From the NCBI GenBank assembly GCA_043228905.1, contig JBHGNT010000002.1:6510001-6574000 (forward strand): DNA of 64,000 bases, read 5' to 3'. Positions 58,272-64,000 of this stretch are shown piece by piece (the first letter of the stretch is position 1; every line of letters begins with the position of its first letter). The notes beneath the pieces were generated by a model. It was given only the letters and a program-made list of their open reading frames with translations, was not told where the DNA came from and did not search any database. The position numbers and the translations under genes are program-made. This DNA comes from Azolla caroliniana. Taxonomy: Eukaryota; Plantae; Polypodiophyta.

Positions 58272-61200
58272 ACGTGGCTGAAAACCATACATCAACATAA
58301 AAGGACTATATCTAATGGATGTATGTTTAGAGCTATTATAGGCAAATTCTAAGATAGGAAGGTATTGCTCCCACTTCGAAGGAGTTTTTGCTACATAAGC
58401 TCGAAGCATGTCCTCAATAATTTGATTAACTTGTTCAGTTTCTCCATCAGACGAAGGATGATCTGTGGAACTCATGCTCAACATAGTTTGTAGTTTCTTA
58501 AAGACCTGAGTCCAAAAGTCACTAGTAAACTTGGATTCTCGATCACTAACAATATCCATTGGTAATCCATAAAAGCGAAATAACTCATCAACAAATTGAT
58601 AAGCCAATTGTTGAGCAGTTACCGTGGTTTTGGTAGGAATAAATCTAGCCAATTTTGTTAGTCTGTCAACGACAACCCAAATGGCATCATGACCCCTCTG
58701 TGTACGAGGTAAACTAATAATAAAATCCATCGAGATACTTTCTCATTTGTTGTTGGGAATATCTAAGGGATGCAAAAGACCCGCAGCTTTAAGTCGTTCC
58801 GACTTATTAATCTGACATTGTAAGCATTGAGTTACGTATTTATGCACGTCAGAGCGCATCTTAGGCCAGAAAAAAGTACTCGAGATGAGACTAAGTGTGC
58901 GTTGTATTCTAGGATGACCAGCAAATGGTGCATCATGACATTCATGAAGAATTTTCTGTTTTACGTTTGGTAAATCTGGAACACAGATCTTTCCACTACG
59001 GTAGAGCAAACCATTTGTAATGTGAAAGGTCGCCTTCAAGGGTAGGGTGCTAGTAACGACATCTAAACCAGATTCAGCTTTCGTCTAGTATTTTGAGAAA
59101 TAACTGTCATCAAGGTATTCCCCTCGAAGGTGATCTAAAAGATCAGATTTTATTTCCGTGAAGCTAAGCATGTTAACTTCTTTGATGCGACTAAGAGCAT
59201 CTACAACGGTGTTCATAGAACCCTTGCGATAACAGATGGAAAAATCAAAATCTTGCATAAAGTTAGCCCAACAGCCTTTACGACCAACAAGATCTGGCTG
59301 CTCACAAAAATACTTCAATGATTGATGGTCTGTTGTAACCACAAATTTATTTCCATAGAGATAGTGCCTCCATGTTTTAAGTGCATGTATTATTGCAAAC
59401 AACTCTTTCTCTTGAACCGAATACTGAGATTGAGCAGCATCAAGCTTCTTACTTTCAAAAGAAATACGGTGACCGCCTTGATAAGAACGACACCAATAGC
59501 ATAATCACTAGCATCAGTTTCAATTAAGAAAGGCTTAGAAGGGTCCGATAATAGAAGAGTGGGAGCCTGACACACATGCTCTTTGAGTGTCTCAAATGAT
59601 ATGTCAAGTTGTTCATTCCATGCAATTGGTTTGACAGACTTACGTGGATGACCTTTTAAAAGGTTAGGTAATGGCGTAGTCAATTTGGAATAGTTACGAA
59701 TTGATTTTCGTAAAAATCCAACAAACCCTAAGAATGATCGCAGTTCACGAATATTACGAGGAATGGGCCAAAGTTTAACCTTTTCAATACGAGAAGGTTC
59801 AATTTCAAAACCATTTTCTGTAATTAAATGACCTAGGTACACAATAGATTTTTGGAAAAAATCACATTTTGAATATTTTGCATAGAAAAAAGAGTTGTTA
59901 CACAACTTTTGCAAAAACAAATCGAACATGTTGAACATGATCTTGCAAGGTATGGCTATATATCAAAATACCATCCAAGAAGACGACAACAAAATCACCG
60001 AGTTTATCTCGGAAAACATCATTCATCGCTTGTTGGAATGTGTTTGGAGCATTAGTCAACCCGAAAGGCATGACTAAAAACTCATAATGGCCATAGCACG
60101 TATGAAAAGCGGTTAGGAATATCATCCTCAGCAATGCAAATTTGACGATAACCTGTTCGTAAGCCAATTTTCGTAAAATATCGAGCCCCATGCAAACGAT
60201 CAATCAAATCATCGGCACGAGGTAACGGATATGCATTTTTAATTGTCATTTTATTCAAACTACGATAATTGATACACATCCGCCATGAACCTTCCTTCTT
60301 CTTTACTAATAGAATTGGCGCACCCCAAGGGTGATTTACTATACCTAATGTGGCCCATATTCAAGTATACCTTAAGTTGTTTAGCGATCTCATCCTCTTC
60401 TAATCGACTAAGTTGGTAAGATGGAATGCTCACAGGAGCAACATCGGGGATGAGTTCAATTTGATGGTCCACATTACGTTTTGGTGGTAAAGTGACAATT
60501 TGTTAGGAAACACGTCTTGAAAATCATCTAAAATAGAGACGAGTAATCGTTGTTCATAATGTGGTAATGGTGTGGCGTCAATATTAAAATAATAAAATTG
60601 AAGCGCAGGATCAATTACACACGAATAAATTAATGAACTAGAATACTCACTTAAAGATTTAGAAGACACAAGTGAACGAGAAGGAAGTTTGGAACATTGA
60701 ATAAAATGTTTACAATTATTAAGTTCAAATGTGATTGAGTGATTAACCCAATCAATGGATAAGAAGGGTTTTTATTAAAAAACCAAGGGTATCCTAAAAT
60801 GACATCTTCGGATTGTAGTTTCATAACATGAAAGTCAAGCTTCTCCAAATAGGTATCTATTTGAATTGGCAGTTGACAAACAATGCCACTGATGTATTGA
60901 AGGCTTCCATTTGCCATATGAACTTGATAGATATGATCACTTGCGTTTATGTGGAGTTCCATTTGCTACACAAAGTGATCATTAAGAAAATTGTGAGAAC
61001 TACCAGAATCAAACAAGAAATGTGCTTGTGTTCCATTGATATACCCGACTGCTCGGAGTAAATCATTAGGTCCAAGTAAATGTGAAGGAAAAGTGCATTC
61101 ACATGAACTTACGTGGTTGGTATGAACTTCAACAACATCAAAAGACTCACCTGTGTGACTCATAGATTTGTCTTCAGGAGGGGTGTTCATTGACTTCCTC

Positions 61201-63019
61201 TCAAGACGACGACACGTATCCTTTGTGTGGCCCCACTTCTTGCAATATGCACAGAAGAGGTTAGGTTTCTTGGAGTCGCGGTCAAGAGTGTCATAGGATT
61301 GCTTACGTTTCCCAATGAACTTGACATTCGGAGTTTTGGCGAACTCAGGTTTATTGTAGTCTTTCTTGGAAGTCCTATGGTACCGAAGTACAATGTTGAC
61401 GGCTTCCTCAAAAGTTGTGGGGTCCTTGTCATGGACAATCCAATGGTAATCCCCATTAGGAATACCATTAAAAAAGAAAACAACAAACCATTTCTCACCC
61501 ATAAGTCCTGATTTTTGGATCTGTGTCCGAGCATGATGCACATAATCCTTGTTCAGTTTGAGAAGGTGGCTGCAAAAACTGTTTCTTAAAAACATCAACG
61601 AAACCTTCCCAAGTTGTGGGTAAGTTCTTTGCAGTCCTTAAGCCGCGCCACCAAGCAGCAGCTCGGCCACCTAACTCACGACCGACATAACCAATTTTTA
61701 CAGCATCGGGCTTGGGGTGGAGCTCAAAGTGAGACTCACAACGACCAAGCCTAAGTGTTAATGGTCTCCTTGGTTCTTTCTTTCTTATCTCCCTTGAATG
61801 TCGTTACTACAAAAGAAGGCTCACCTTCTTTCTTGGACTCAATAGTCAATTCTTGGAATTTCTTTTCCAATGCCATATTGGCCTGCCTCATTTCGGCCAA
61901 TTGATTCAAGGTAGTAGTGAGCAATTGCTCAATAGTGATCTCAACTTGTGTGCGAGATGCGGATTGGAGTTGAGAGGGCTCGGTCGGAGAGATTGCTCTA
62001 AGAGCGTTCAAAACTTGTTCCATGATGCAAACTGTGGTTATGCAATATAAATGAGGTTCAGAAAATACACAAACAAAATGAATGCTTGAAATTTTGATTG
62101 TAAGAACTTTACCAAGAAAGCATCTCACGTCTTTACCCCTCTAGACATATGAGATGTGATTCGAGATCCAATAACTATGGTAACACTTTGGTGTTTTAAA
62201 AACCATGGGGGGAAACATAGCTAAGATGTCTATCTCGGATCTCTATCTTGAATAATCATGGCGGCTCCCCGAGGCTCAACCATGGTTCTAACATCAATGT
62301 AGTTTCCTAGTTAGCCTTATATTAGAATGCCAACCCAACATGTATTGATATGGTCGAGAAAGTGTATTACGTGAAAAACAAGTGCACTCGCAAGTAATAT
62401 TCTAGTCTTGCGAGTAGCAAGCAAATGTTATGAAAAAAAGAGAAAAAGAAGTCACTACCTATAAGAGTCAAGAAGTGACAAAAACAAGGCTCCAAAACCA
62501 TGCGTTGCCTACTAAAAACAAATACCACCAATAAATGGATGGTGCGAGGTATGCACACATCCATTCCAATATGGCGATTGTAATGTGCACAATTGTGACA
62601 TAAGCCACAAGTTGATACAATTGGTGGTGGTATTGTGCGCAAAGATGTAGTACTCAAATTTATGAGTAAAACATCAATAGGGAAACTCATATGATTTCAC
62701 TTGAGTTCTAAGGCTCAATAATACGAGTTAAACCTAGATGACCTATTGGAAATAATCGTTCAAAAAGCGGCATGATGCCCAGTCAATACGAAAAAAATAG
62801 ACTACACAAAAGCGTTACCCAATAGGGAAACACGCGTAAATAGTGTAGATGAACATAAAAATTAAGGTTTAAAAAATAGTGAAGTGTGGGTGGGTAGATG
62901 AAAATCATAAGAAAATCTTAGGAAAGGGAGAAGATAACTTGTGTAATTAAAAAATAGGTAGAATAATAATCAATTAGGTGTATCAACATTAAGCATGCCT
63001 TAAGGGATGACACCCTAAG

Positions 63020-63520
63020 GTAGTCGACATGCACCTCCTCAAGACCACCACATCTCCCTAGAAGCGACCAATTGAAGGCTCAATAAAGAGTAAAGTGGCG
63101 TAGGTAAGCGACATATACCTCGTTAAAGCCACAACATCCCATAGAATCGGCCAAGTGATGGCTCAATAGAGAGTAGAGTGGCATAGGTAGGCGACATACA
63201 CCTCGTCAATATCACAACATCCCATAGAATCAGCCAAGTGATGGCTCAATAAAGGGAAGAGTGGCATACTCAACATCATATGCAAAAGGGTCATGAGGTG
63301 AGTGTGTGCGATTAGGGCAAACACGCTTGACCCGATGCACAAGTACGAGATGGCTCAAGAGAGGGGAGCGTGTGCGATTAGGGCAAACACGCTCAACCCA
63401 ATGCACAAGTACGAGATGGCTCAAGAGAGGGGACCGTGGGAGATATGTATCGCAATGTACAAAAGGGCCATGAGTTGATCGTGTGTGATTAGTGCAAACA
63501 CGCTCGACCCGATGCACAAT
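63020..63520. repeat. Tandem repeats in the 5' leader of element H (~75-bp and ~60-bp units)
   Basis: Repeated GGCTCAATA.AG...GTGGC...ACATCCCATAGAA and GTGTGCGATTAGGGCAAACACGCT...ATGCACAA. Confidence 0.8.
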
Positions 63521-64000
63521 AATAATTAAAATCGTATCGTGGTAGAAAGAAGAAAGAAAAGAAAAGAAAACGTAATACAAATTTGATTTGACCAACAAGA
63601 ATGCATCATAGAAAGAAGAGAGATTGAGAAAGAAGAATACTGGGTTTAGAGTGTTGTTTTGATCCTGAGAAGAGCATGACGAGCCTTGTTAGATCCCCAT
63701 CGCTCACACGCAAAAAATATCAAAACAACAAAAAAAATTGTTAGTAAAAGTTTTGATACCACTGTTAAGAGTTTATTACTAATCAATAGACCAAACTAAA
63801 GTAAAAGAAGGAAAATAGAATGGATAGAAGAGCTCATTCCACCCGACCATCCCCGAGCTATGATCTAGACATAGCCAACCTACCACCGACGTCCCATACT
63901 ACCGGATATTAGGATGACTAATACCTTGGAAGAGATAAACACGATCCTCAACACGAAAGCCTAGCCCGCACAACCGGTGTCTAAGACAACAGCCTTCCGA

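Larger units (their letters stand above)
54552..64000 (-). mobile_element. Degenerate chromoviral Gypsy element H (5' LTR runs off the window)
   Basis: LTRs 54552-54989 and 63763-64000; degenerate iMet PBS at 63751-63761; PPT at 54990-55001; gag CAYCKKWGHTKDTC, protease [21 protein letters not shown], RNase H ETDAS, INT MDFI, chromodomain KIKW...DATWE. Confidence 0.92.

Overview
This is eukaryotic, retrotransposon-dense DNA. The element set (Tcn1-like chromoviruses, non-chromoviral Gypsy, Copia, L1-like LINEs, hAT) suggests a seed-free land plant such as a fern or lycophyte; that is an inference. Most of the window is nested LTR elements and solo LTRs, many with readable target-site duplications (TSDs). 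The only intact-looking genes are a hAT transposase (33159-35360) and two tandem paralogues of a small secreted Pro/Thr-rich peptide (35921-36157, 43135-43404). The main unexpected signal is an intron-containing, bacterial-type beta-class amino-DNA-methyltransferase pseudogene. It shows CGD...DIPYG, then GDWILDLFSGSG|TT...ALKLFR..VAL(E/K)KD, and occurs twice (27520-28580 and a 3' fragment at 37997-38339). Both copies are followed by a homologous ~340-390 bp tail that ends sharply at ...ACGTG, so the gene appears to be cargo of a mobile element, and copy 1 sits beside an array of nested palindromes. Other notable signals: three related Gypsy LTRs all abut ACGT (4-bp TSD), chromovirus LTRs carry an antisense tRNA-like A/B-box module, and a young Gypsy has an in-frame RT deletion plus a ~900-aa 3' ORF.
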